64,000 nucleotides of DNA, taken from contig JBNKCR010000034.1 of the NCBI GenBank assembly GCA_050287845.1, positions 42,704 through 106,703 on the forward strand, given 5' to 3'. Below are positions 41,285 through 50,115 of the stretch, piece by piece; within the stretch, counting starts at the first letter, position 1, and each line of letters starts with the position of its first letter. Origin of the DNA: Polyangia bacterium (GTDB lineage Bacteria; Myxococcota_A; Polyangia; JAAYKL01). Position numbers and translations under genes: made by a program. Under the pieces are notes generated by a model, which had not been told where the DNA came from, searched no databases, and worked only from the letters and a program-made list of their open reading frames with translations.

Positions 41285-42454
41285 TTAGTAAAGATGAAAA
41301 TGGGATTTCACTTCGCGAAATTGGGATTCCCCGTGTTCCCAGGTGGAGGCAAGTTCTTCCAGGGAAAGGTTGGTTTCGATTCCCTTGCGGATGGCAGCGG
41401 TGCCGCACAGCAGGTCCATGGCGGGAATATCGCTGATGAACTCATAGGGGGCGTTTCGCCAGCAGAACTGATCCGGGGCGATTTTTTTCAGGGCGGAAAT
41501 GATGGCCACCCCGGTCCGAAAGGGCAGAAATCGCCGGCGATCGGTAATGTGCAACTGCGCGCCCGGACAGATGGCGCCTGCGTGTTTCTGAAACATCGGT
41601 TTAAATGACATGGGTCGAAAGTATACACCGGGCAGCGCCTGGTCCATCAGATGGGCCACCAGGGTTTCATTGTTGATGCCGGGGGCCCCGAAGTATTCAA
41701 AGGGCAGGGTGGTGCCGCGTCCTTCAGAACACCAGGTGGCTTCCAGCAGACATTGCCCCGGATACACCAGCGCGGTATTCAGCGACGGCATGTTGGGGGA
41801 CGGCGCCACCCAGGGCAGGCCGGTCTCATCGTAAAACATGTGGCGTTGCCACCCTTTCATGGGGACTACGGTGAGGATGTCCGATGCATCTTCGTGGGCG
41901 GCCACCATGGTAACCATTTCGCCAATGGTCATCCCGTGACGGGCAGGCAGTTTTCGAAGGCCCACAAAGGAAAGAAATCCATCTTCCTGGGGTGCCCCTT
42001 CCACGGTTTCGCCGTTCAGGGGATTGGGACGATCGAGCAGAATCATCTGAGTGCCGCATTTTTTGCATACTTCCAGGCACAGCACGGCGGTCCATACAAA
42101 CGTGTAGTACCGGGCACCCACATCCATAAGGTCCACCACCAATGCATCCAGTTGGCCCACCACGTCCGCCGATGGCGAAAGACTGTCCGCCGAACTGCCA
42201 TACAGACTGTACAGATCAATGCCCATCGGGCCACGGGACGGCGTGTCGACGGGTTCCATATCCTGTGCTTCTCCGCCGAATCCATGCTCCGGACCATACA
42301 GCGCTGTAACGGTTGCCCCTTTTGCCAGAAGCGCCGGCAGAATATGAATGAAACGGGAAGTGACACTGGCGGGATGGGCAACAATCCCGATGTTTCTGTT
42401 TTGAACCAGCTGTGCATGATTTGCCAGCAGATTATCTAATCCTGTGAGTATCAT
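41285..42454 (-). CDS. DUF1343 / NamZ-like exo-beta-N-acetylmuramidase
   Basis: GPEHG, DVGARYYTF, LDRPNP, RHGMTIGE, PSPNMP, SEGRGTTLPFE motifs. Confidence 0.88.
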   Translation of the reverse strand: MILTGLDNLLANHAQLVQNRNIGIVAHPASVTSRFIHILPALLAKGATVTALYGPEHGFGGEAQDMEPVDTPSRGPMGIDLYSLYGSSADSLSPSADVVGQLDALVVDLMDVGARYYTFVWTAVLCLEVCKKCGTQMILLDRPNPLNGETVEGAPQEDGFLSFVGLRKLPARHGMTIGEMVTMVAAHEDASDILTVVPMKGWQRHMFYDETGLPWVAPSPNMPSLNTALVYPGQCLLEATWCSEGRGTTLPFEYFGAPGINNETLVAHLMDQALPGVYFRPMSFKPMFQKHAGAICPGAQLHITDRRRFLPFRTGVAIISALKKIAPDQFCWRNAPYEFISDIPAMDLLCGTAAIRKGIETNLSLEELASTWEHGESQFREVKSHFHLY

Positions 42455-42735
42455 GAATCCAGTGTACTTCATTTTAGGGGGGGAATGCGAAACATTGAAC
42501 ATTTTAACCGGGGTGATTGTGTCGTCGTGCGAATTGTCAGTGCAATGATTACCGCCTACCACCTGCGCATGATGCACAGTGTCCGAATTACCCCATGTGG
42601 TTGCGATGACCCGATGGAATAATTGGATTTTCAGAAAAAGCTGAATTGTTCATCTGGCACCTTCAGCCGCCATGGTTGCGACCGATGTAGAGCATATCAA
42701 ATCGGCCATTGCGCCGTATCAATCCGGGGGAGATC

Positions 42736-43425
42736 ATGAATATCGTACTACATGTGGTTGTAATGGGAATCGTACTGATGACGTTCGGTTGTGACGGAGA
42801 GTTCTTTATGGATGGGGCGAGTCCGGAAGAGTTGAAAGCGAACGCGAAAGTGGACGAGAAAGAAAAATCGAAAACAGATTCTGAATTTTATTTTTCCACA
42901 AAGGAGTTGCCGGAAAACTGCACTATCGGTGAACGGATGTGCCACCAGCATCTGATGCTGGTATGCACGGACGGAGAGTGGAAAGCGGTCTGGAGTTGCG
43001 GCAGAAAGGACGGTGCATGTGTTGAAAGGTCGGTGGGGTACATCTGCATTGATCTGAACGATGACAGTGACGATAGCGACGACAGTGACGACAGCGACGA
43101 TAGCGACGACAGTGACGACGACAGCGACGACAGCGACGATGACAGCGATGACGATAGCGATGACAGCGATGACGATAGCGATGACAGCGATGACGATAGC
43201 GACGACAGCGACGATGACAGCGATGACGATAGCGACGACAGCGACGATGACAGCGATGACGATAGCGACGACAGCGACGATGACAGCGACGATAGTGATG
43301 ACAGCGATGACGATAGCGATGACAGCGATGATGATGATGACGATGACAGCGATGATGATGATGACGATGACAGCGATGATGATGATGACAGCGACGATGA
43401 TGATGACGATGACAGCAAAAATTAA
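42736..43425 (+). CDS. Lipoprotein with 6-Cys module and poly-Asp/Ser C-terminal tail
   Basis: SD GGGGAG, lipobox TFGC, C-x6-C-x7-C-x10-C-x6-C-x8-C, then about 119 D/S residues. Confidence 0.75.
   Translation: MNIVLHVVVMGIVLMTFGCDGEFFMDGASPEELKANAKVDEKEKSKTDSEFYFSTKELPENCTIGERMCHQHLMLVCTDGEWKAVWSCGRKDGACVERSVGYICIDLNDDSDDSDDSDDSDDSDDSDDDSDDSDDDSDDDSDDSDDDSDDSDDDSDDSDDDSDDDSDDSDDDSDDDSDDSDDDSDDSDDSDDDSDDSDDDDDDDSDDDDDDDSDDDDDSDDDDDDDSKN
43060..43416 (+). repeat. Low-complexity GAY/AGY tandem repeat encoding only Asp and Ser
   Basis: DDS and DDDS units drifting into D5-7S toward the 3' end. Confidence 0.95.
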
Positions 43426-43430
43426 GTAGT

Positions 43431-43448
43431 GGCAAAAAAATTTTTGCC
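43431..43448. terminator. Palindrome just after the poly-Asp gene
   Basis: GGCAAAAA-AA-TTTTTGCC. Confidence 0.35.
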
Positions 43449-43890
43449 CTTATGATGGGCAGGTATGACACTGTGCCCGAATGACTGGGGTGCGATCCCC
43501 GCTTTCTTCAAACCCGAAACGGCGCCAATCGCGCAGACCTTTTCATCCACACCTGTACACTCTGAAAAGGTCAATCCCGGCATCAGGATGCTGCATGGAG
43601 TTCTTTTCACTCTGATCAGTTTTCTCCAGAGCCCGCACCTTCAACTCTACGGTTATTTGAAGCCTGATGCTGCTGGAGGCGCTTTGGATATCGCCCATCG
43701 AATCACCGATAGCATGTCGGCATTTGCCACTGGCTGGGGTGGTGTTTCCAGGAATGCCTGTAGCCATTGGGAACGCGACTTCGGTGCTTTAGGTGGTTTT
43801 CGCTGGCAATGGTGAAATATCTCACCAGTATTGGCGACACTTCTTAATCGACATGATTTTATTTGACAAACAGGCCATATTGATGCTTAG

Positions 43891-43919
43891 AGTGTTACGT
43901 TTATATTTTTCGTAATACT
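43891..43919 (+). promoter_or_regulatory. Putative NikR operator overlapping the promoter of the metal-uptake operon
   Basis: AGTGTTACG-N11-CGTAATACT (core GTGTTAC-N13-GTAATAC; 8 of 9 positions palindromic), just downstream of TTGACA at 43863-43868. nikR sits at the other end of the locus. Confidence 0.75.
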
Positions 43920-43945
43920 ATGAAGTTTCACAAGGAGGTCGGATA

Positions 43946-44461
43946 ATGAAACATGGATATAGGAATCCTGGAATTTTTACTGTTCTGGTCATGGTTGCTA
44001 CGGTGTTGGTAGTGTCCGGTTGTGATGACGGAAGTGAAGAATCGGCATTTGTTCAAATAAAGAACGATTTCAACAATCCGGAGATGGATTTCCAGCCACC
44101 GTGGACGATCTGCGAGTCCTCCTACCTCGATGTCGAGTTCGGCAACGTCGCCATCGGAGAAACCAGCATCAAGCAGGAAGTCGTTCCGGGGTTGGATAAC
44201 GTCTTGATGGTAGCAGCCTGGGATGACCCGACCTGTGCTCCGGAGAACTGCCTGCCATTGGCCAGTAGGAACGAGGAGGAGGTCGTAGACGGCCAGACCC
44301 GAACCATCTCCCTCAACCTCCCCAATCACCAGGGACCTTGCCCACCCGAGGGTGTGCAGCCCATCCCTCAGGAGCTGTACGACCGAATTCTGGCGCTGTG
44401 GCCCGAATACAATTTCAAACCGTATGACCAACGAACCGAAAATACTCAATGCCAGGATTGA
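43946..44461 (+). CDS. Uncharacterised Cys-containing lipoprotein, first gene of the putative NikR-controlled operon
   Basis: SD AAGGAGG, lipobox VSGC; acidic, with several Cys. Confidence 0.8.
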   Translation: MKHGYRNPGIFTVLVMVATVLVVSGCDDGSEESAFVQIKNDFNNPEMDFQPPWTICESSYLDVEFGNVAIGETSIKQEVVPGLDNVLMVAAWDDPTCAPENCLPLASRNEEEVVDGQTRTISLNLPNHQGPCPPEGVQPIPQELYDRILALWPEYNFKPYDQRTENTQCQD

Positions 44462-44467
44462 TCCGAT

Positions 44468-44962
44468 TTGTACGTGCATAATTTTCATTTTTGTTGCTTC
44501 TTTTTTCTATCTTGTGTCGGTGCTCTTTTTTATGCCGGATGTGAATCTGTTTACCCGGAGATTGTTGTCATCAACAAAACGAATGAGCACATTCAACTCA
44601 AGGATCTTAGTTTTAACGGTTGTCTCTGGAATACTGTGATCGGATATGATGAGGCAACGTCTCCTGGTCGCTGCCTGCCGGGCAGTGACAGAATTCATTT
44701 CAAAAAGTTCGATGCCGAGAGTCATTGTCAAGAACAGGCAGAGGATGGAACGATAGACGGTATTTGCCTTTGTGACGGAGGAACGGATTCTAATCTGGAC
44801 ACTGATTCGGTGGATGAAGGCCTCATTAATGTCGAACCCAATTGGTTCAATTATCAAACGGTGTCTGTGAAAAAGGCCGATTATGGCGAGTTTCATATTT
44901 ATGAAATAACTTTAGATGATATGGAGCAAGACTTCTCTGTTCCCGGACCCTATGGGCATTGA
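44468..44962 (+). CDS. Uncharacterised Cys-rich lipoprotein (start uncertain)
   Basis: TTG start after AGGA, lipobox YAGC, several Cys, C-terminal PGPYGH. Confidence 0.7.
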   Translation: MYVHNFHFCCFFFLSCVGALFYAGCESVYPEIVVINKTNEHIQLKDLSFNGCLWNTVIGYDEATSPGRCLPGSDRIHFKKFDAESHCQEQAEDGTIDGICLCDGGTDSNLDTDSVDEGLINVEPNWFNYQTVSVKKADYGEFHIYEITLDDMEQDFSVPGPYGH

Positions 44963-44972
44963 GGAGAATTGC

Positions 44973-47066
44973 ATGCGCTTCCTTGTTCTTTTATTTTTTT
45001 CGCTTTTTTACCTTTTTGCATTTACTGCTGTGGCACAGACAAATGACAATACACAGGACTCCAATGTAGACGCAGAACAGGATCAAAACACCATAGACAC
45101 GGATAGCGACTCAGTGCAGTTTGATTCAAATACTGACTCTGATTCAAATACTGACGATGGAACACAGAGTTTAAGATCTCAAAACAAACTTGAAAGTGCA
45201 ACGGCTTCTCCCAAAGAATCCAATTTGTCAGACACACAACAAGACACTCAGGTCGAAATAGACAGCGAATCAGAAGCAATAGACTCAGGTGGCGCTGTGT
45301 ATGATCTTCCTGAATACGAGGTGGTTGTCACAGGACGAAGGGCTATTTCAAAAGATCGGACCAAAGACGCCGTTGAGATTAAGGGGGAAAAATTACGCGA
45401 GAGTCCCAAATCGAGTGCACTGGAAGCGATCTCTCAGGAAAACGCTGGCGTATATGTCACCGGGAAAGGAGCTCTTCATGGTGTCGCCAGTGGTGCGACA
45501 GGCGGTATCTATGTACGTGGACTGGGAGGCAGTCCCAATTCGCAGGTGCTTGTTGTAGAAGACGGGGTTCCCGATTATCAGGGAATCTTTGGTCACCCAA
45601 TCCCTGATGCTTATGTGCCATTTCTCATTGATGATGTGCTCGTTATTAAAGGAGGAGACTCGGTGCTTTACGGCACCAATGCAATGGGTGGCGTTATTGT
45701 TATTCGCAATCGATGGCGCGAACAGGACGGCTACGAAATTCTGAATGACTCGGCGTATGGCAGCTATTCTACTCTCCGAGAATCCGTTTCGTTGCTTGCA
45801 AAACATAAAAAATTTCATTTCGCTGGATCGTTCCTGGGGCTAACTACCGATGGTCACAGAGATGGTGCGGGAGGTAACGAAATTGTGGGTCATCTGGGGG
45901 TCCGATATCGATTCTCTTCCCATTGGACACTTGAGGCTCGAAATAAAGTCATTCATCTGGAGGGAGCCGATCCGGGACCGGCAACACATCCAAATCCAGA
46001 CCATTGGTATGATGTGTGGCGAAACAATTCTTCTTTGCGTTTGAAAATGAGACATCAAACAATTCGCTTGGCTATAACACCGCATTTTAATTTGGGTGTT
46101 CATCGATTGTATGACGGTTTTTATTCAAAGGATTACGTGGCAGGGACAAATGCTGAGTTGATATGGAAGGCACACAAAAAACTCGAACTTCTTTCAGGGC
46201 TTTCGGTCCAACATGTCGGCGGCCAGGTAGAAAACCGTATCGAAGCAGAAACAATTGACGTAAGCAGTTTGACCGATTTTTCATTTTACAATCAACTGAC
46301 TTTTCGAGCATTTGACATCGTTTCCGTGGTTCTTGGCACTCGTGAACTATACAGCTTGACCTACGGTTTTGTATTTCTTTACAAAGGCGGGATTCGGCTG
46401 GATATATACAAAGGCCTTTATTTCAAATCTGCGGTAGCCAGGAATTTTCGCCAACCCACAATTAGAGAACTGTATCTCCCTTTTCCAGGTGCAAACCCTG
46501 ACCTTCGCCCTGAATTTGCAACCAATGTCGACGCACAGGTCGGGTACGAATCAAACAGATTTGAAGTCTCGATAACAGGGTACCGAACGCAGGCGACTGA
46601 TATAATTAAGTACTTTGGCTCGTGGCCAACAGCCGAAGTGGTAAATATCGACCATATTGTTATTTGGGGTATCGAGGGTAATCTGGGACTCCGAAACATA
46701 GGTCCATTTTATGGCAATGCGTCGGCTGATTTTCGAGAGGTGGGTAGATACACTCGCCAGAATCCTTCACTTAAAGTTGATAGCACCCTCGGAATCGAGC
46801 AGGAGTTCGGTCAACACTATGTCGCCGGATCTATCTGTGGAGAATGGGTCCACGGTCTCTATATGGCAAACTATAAGAGAGATCCCATAAGTGATGTGTT
46901 CACTATGGATTTGTCGTTGCGATATCGTTACACCGCTTCCAATGATCGTTTAACGATTGAGCCATATTTGTTTTTAAGGAATCTTTTGGATAGGCGATAC
47001 GCATTTGTGGAAAATTATCCGATGCCTGGATTCAATGTGATGGTCGGTTTGAAGCTGGGAGTATGA
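44973..47066 (+). CDS. TonB-dependent outer-membrane receptor
   Basis: Signal peptide, acidic extension, EVVVTG, plug motifs YVRG...VLVVEDGVP...IKGGDSVLYGTNAMGGVI, NPDLRPE, and NLLD...YPMPGFNVMVGLKLGV. Confidence 0.92.
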   Translation: MRFLVLLFFSLFYLFAFTAVAQTNDNTQDSNVDAEQDQNTIDTDSDSVQFDSNTDSDSNTDDGTQSLRSQNKLESATASPKESNLSDTQQDTQVEIDSESEAIDSGGAVYDLPEYEVVVTGRRAISKDRTKDAVEIKGEKLRESPKSSALEAISQENAGVYVTGKGALHGVASGATGGIYVRGLGGSPNSQVLVVEDGVPDYQGIFGHPIPDAYVPFLIDDVLVIKGGDSVLYGTNAMGGVIVIRNRWREQDGYEILNDSAYGSYSTLRESVSLLAKHKKFHFAGSFLGLTTDGHRDGAGGNEIVGHLGVRYRFSSHWTLEARNKVIHLEGADPGPATHPNPDHWYDVWRNNSSLRLKMRHQTIRLAITPHFNLGVHRLYDGFYSKDYVAGTNAELIWKAHKKLELLSGLSVQHVGGQVENRIEAETIDVSSLTDFSFYNQLTFRAFDIVSVVLGTRELYSLTYGFVFLYKGGIRLDIYKGLYFKSAVARNFRQPTIRELYLPFPGANPDLRPEFATNVDAQVGYESNRFEVSITGYRTQATDIIKYFGSWPTAEVVNIDHIVIWGIEGNLGLRNIGPFYGNASADFREVGRYTRQNPSLKVDSTLGIEQEFGQHYVAGSICGEWVHGLYMANYKRDPISDVFTMDLSLRYRYTASNDRLTIEPYLFLRNLLDRRYAFVENYPMPGFNVMVGLKLGV

Positions 47067-47608
47067 AAATGTCTAGAAAAATATCATCACGAGAAATCGC
47101 CTACTGTGGTTGCCTGGGTGCTGCGGCGTTACTACTGCCTGTATTATTTCATTTGCTGCGATTGGGCCATATTTTCATGCCCATGTATTTTCCGCTTGTA
47201 CTCCTGGCGTTTTTTGTAAGACCAGTACCATCGGCTATTACGGCTTTTATTACACCTCTAATCTCGGCAACCGTCACCGGTATGCCGCCTTTTTATCCTC
47301 CGATTGCGATATTCATGGCAATCGAATTGTCGATAATGAACGCAATTATCTCCGGAGTGAAACATAAATGGCCGCGGATGAATGATCTCGTCACATTGGT
47401 GCCGACTCTATTGTTCGGTCGAATACTCTATGTTGGATTGGTTTATGCGTTTTCGTTGGTCATAGAACTTCCCGCAAAATTCATGGCGGGACTATCTTTT
47501 TTGGGGGGGTGGCCAGGTATCATATTGATGATTGTCGTCATCCCCATTGTAACCAGTACATATAAAATGCGAAGTACTGCGGATTGTTCGAAGGAGACTC
47601 CACGATGA
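47063..47608 (+). CDS. ECF transporter substrate-binding (S) component
   Basis: Small multi-TM protein with FMPMYFPLVL, TPLISATVTGMPP, MAIEL, GR and WPGIIL; adjacent to T and A components. Confidence 0.75.
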   Translation: MKMSRKISSREIAYCGCLGAAALLLPVLFHLLRLGHIFMPMYFPLVLLAFFVRPVPSAITAFITPLISATVTGMPPFYPPIAIFMAIELSIMNAIISGVKHKWPRMNDLVTLVPTLLFGRILYVGLVYAFSLVIELPAKFMAGLSFLGGWPGIILMIVVIPIVTSTYKMRSTADCSKETPR

Positions 47609-48234
47609 CAAAAGACACGGCCAAAACGGAATTTTTTGATCAAATCGCTACGAAATGGGATAGCTGGGAAGATTTGCCAACATTACATGAAAACCTGATA
47701 TCGGGATTTCAGAGCCTCGGAGTCTCATCCAATGAAATTGTTCTCGACGTGGGTTGCGGGACCGGTAATTTGTCATTGGCTCTACTATCTGTGCTAGGCA
47801 GCAAAGGACGCGTCGTCGCTGTCGACATTTCACCCGCCATGTTGGGAGAAGCCCAAAAAAAAACGCAAGACTCTCGAATAACATGGTATCTGTCTGATGC
47901 TTGTTCAGTACCCGAAAAAGAAGGTTCGTTTCATAGGATCATATGTTATTCCGTTTGGCCCCACTTTGAAGATATCGACAAGGTCGTCGCAGAATTCGAT
48001 AGGCTATTGAAACCTGGAGGGCATCTTCATGTTTGGCATTTGAACTCTAAAGAAACCATTAACAAAATACATGCGGAAGCCTCTGAAGCGGTCCGCGATG
48101 ATGTGCTTGCTCCAGCAGAAGAGACTGCCGCGCATATCGAAAAACATGGTTTCGAGATATTGGACATTGTTGACAACGAAGAGCGGTATCTCGTCACGGC
48201 CAGGAAATCCGAACGGAAGGTATCGGCGTCTTGA
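47605..48234 (+). CDS. Class I SAM-dependent methyltransferase
   Basis: FFDQIATKWD, LDVGCGTG, VDISPAML, RLLKPGG motifs. Confidence 0.9.
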   Translation: MTKDTAKTEFFDQIATKWDSWEDLPTLHENLISGFQSLGVSSNEIVLDVGCGTGNLSLALLSVLGSKGRVVAVDISPAMLGEAQKKTQDSRITWYLSDACSVPEKEGSFHRIICYSVWPHFEDIDKVVAEFDRLLKPGGHLHVWHLNSKETINKIHAEASEAVRDDVLAPAEETAAHIEKHGFEILDIVDNEERYLVTARKSERKVSAS

Positions 48235-48980
48235 AATCTGTTTGGCACGATATTTGGGGCAGCGCTCAAGGGGGTATTGCCACATTCGCACCTCAAACAC
48301 GTATTCTTGCTGGTACTGCTGTTTTCGCTGTTTGCGTTCTTGCTCCTGCCGATGCGTCTCCTGGTGTCGCGCTATCTTCATTCTGCCTGTTGTTTTGGTT
48401 TTTACTTTGTCGCCCCAAAGCCAAAATTGTGCAATCGATGACTCTGTTCGGTTTAGCAATGTTTGCGCCCTATTTTTTACTTTCGCCGCTAATCGCCTCT
48501 GATACAACGTCTTTGGCTCAATCCATGATTGTTCCTTGGCGCGTATTTTTTCGTGGAATGTTAACGTTGCTTATTTGTATTACAACGATATCTACCCTCA
48601 CTCTTAGTGAATTGAGAGCAGGCATTTCTAACCTTCCAGTTCCGGTTATTGTACGAGAGATTATTCTGCAAATTGTTCATCAAACAATATCGATGACTTA
48701 TGAAACCAGAAGAATTGCTCAAGCTATGGCTGTGCGGGGCGTGTCGGGAAAAATCCGGACAGCCATCAAAGTACTCACTACATTGCCTCAAGTCTGGTTG
48801 CCGCGAGTCATTGGACGGGCTGAGAATATTGCAGCTGCCATGGAAGTTCGTGGATATTCAGATGTCAATCTCGCAGAGATCGACTCGCCAGGACTCCGGC
48901 CACGAGATGTCCTCTTACTTTTCTTCACCGGGGTTTTGTTGACCATGTCTTTCCTCATTCGATTTGGATGGACAAAATGA
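48231..48980 (+). CDS. ECF transporter transmembrane (T) component, CbiQ/NikQ-like
   Basis: AMAVRG and AMEVRGY coupling motifs. Confidence 0.85.
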   Translation: MKSVWHDIWGSAQGGIATFAPQTRILAGTAVFAVCVLAPADASPGVALSSFCLLFWFLLCRPKAKIVQSMTLFGLAMFAPYFLLSPLIASDTTSLAQSMIVPWRVFFRGMLTLLICITTISTLTLSELRAGISNLPVPVIVREIILQIVHQTISMTYETRRIAQAMAVRGVSGKIRTAIKVLTTLPQVWLPRVIGRAENIAAAMEVRGYSDVNLAEIDSPGLRPRDVLLLFFTGVLLTMSFLIRFGWTK

Positions 48981-49702
48981 CCGAGTCGCAAGCCATCACA
49001 TTTGAATCTGTAAGTATCGCTTATGCCGGTGAGAATCCGATTTTGAAAAATATTGATTTATCGATTGGCTATGGTGAGAAGGTCGCCTTGATCGGTTTGA
49101 ATGGAAGTGGAAAAACGTCCTTACTGATGGCCTGCGTCGGCCTTGCCCCGCATCTTGGAGTAATCACCGTAGGCAAGACACCCGTTCGTTCGGACACAAC
49201 AGAAATCGTGAGACGTCAGGTTGGTTTCTTATTCAATGTGCCAGAAGATCAGTTACTTTTTCCCAGAGTCGTGGAGGATGTGGCATTCTCTTTGACAAAA
49301 ATCAAGCTTTCCAGAGATGAAAAGCTGCATCAATCTCTCCAAATACTCAAGCAACTGGGAATAGCTCATCTGGCACACAGCACTTTGCATCATCTATCCC
49401 ACGGTCAAAAACAACGAGTGGCGCTTGCTGGTGCTCTCGTTGCAAAACCGAGTCTTCTATTACTCGATGAGCCAACATCCGGTCTTGATCCACTCGGAAA
49501 AAGTAGACTTCAAAAAATATTGAAACGCCAAACGTCAGCTGTATTGATGGCAACTCATGATCTCGAATTTGCGCGAGGGTTCTGTGACCGATATCTGTTT
49601 TTGGAAGGCCGAAGTCTCAGAGCGGATTGGTCGTTATCCCAAATAGAAACACACTGGAAAAAAGTCATTGAGAATGATTCGAGTGATACACAAGATAGTT
49701 AG
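48968..49702 (+). CDS. ECF/ABC ATPase, CbiO/NikO-like
   Basis: GLNGSGKT, LSHGQKQR, LLDEPTSGLD, THD motifs. ATG 48977 is an alternative start. Confidence 0.92.
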   Translation: MDKMTESQAITFESVSIAYAGENPILKNIDLSIGYGEKVALIGLNGSGKTSLLMACVGLAPHLGVITVGKTPVRSDTTEIVRRQVGFLFNVPEDQLLFPRVVEDVAFSLTKIKLSRDEKLHQSLQILKQLGIAHLAHSTLHHLSHGQKQRVALAGALVAKPSLLLLDEPTSGLDPLGKSRLQKILKRQTSAVLMATHDLEFARGFCDRYLFLEGRSLRADWSLSQIETHWKKVIENDSSDTQDS

Positions 49703-50115
49703 GACAGCTTTTTCCCAGTTGTCGTCGCCGATAGCTTGCCGTGTTTTACCCCCTTGTCGCCAATCAGCGAATCCGCCAATGAACGCACAACGGTTGCCTT
49801 TCCACGAACGGCGATCATTTCCATGCAATTGTCGTGGTCCAAGTGGATGTGTGTTGCAGCCAGGACTGCATCGTGGTGATCATGTTGGATCTTTACAAGT
49901 CTGTCTGTAAGCTCTCTCTTATGATGGTCGTAGACAATCGTTATCGTCCCAACGATTTCGTCGTTACGTTGCCATTCGTCTCGAACCAACGATTCTCGAA
50001 TAATATCTCGAATCGCTTCTGAACGATTTTCATATCCATGCTTTTTAATCATTTTTAAAAAGCGATCATGGAGGTCATTTTCTATTGAGATGCTAAAGCG
50101 CGTCATCTTTTCCAT
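49699..50115 (-). CDS. nikR: Nickel-responsive transcriptional regulator NikR
   Basis: RHH domain RFSISI...GYENRSEAIRD; ACT domain YDHH, QHDHH, HIHLDHDNCMEMI, GVKHGKL. Confidence 0.96.
   Translation of the reverse strand: MEKMTRFSISIENDLHDRFLKMIKKHGYENRSEAIRDIIRESLVRDEWQRNDEIVGTITIVYDHHKRELTDRLVKIQHDHHDAVLAATHIHLDHDNCMEMIAVRGKATVVRSLADSLIGDKGVKHGKLSATTTGKKLS

Noticed and set aside
43060..43416. CRISPR array (also considered 943-1220 and 51955-52180)
   Set aside because: These are codon-phase low-complexity repeats inside ORFs, with no unique spacers and no cas genes.
43820..43945. Cobalamin riboswitch ahead of the TonB/ECF operon
   Set aside because: The leader is too short and has no B12-box-like sequence; the spaced palindrome plus nikR explains it better.
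44459..44467. Selenocysteine or readthrough fusion of the two in-frame lipoprotein ORFs
   Set aside because: The second ORF has its own hydrophobic leader and lipobox, and the TGA is followed by no evident SECIS hairpin.
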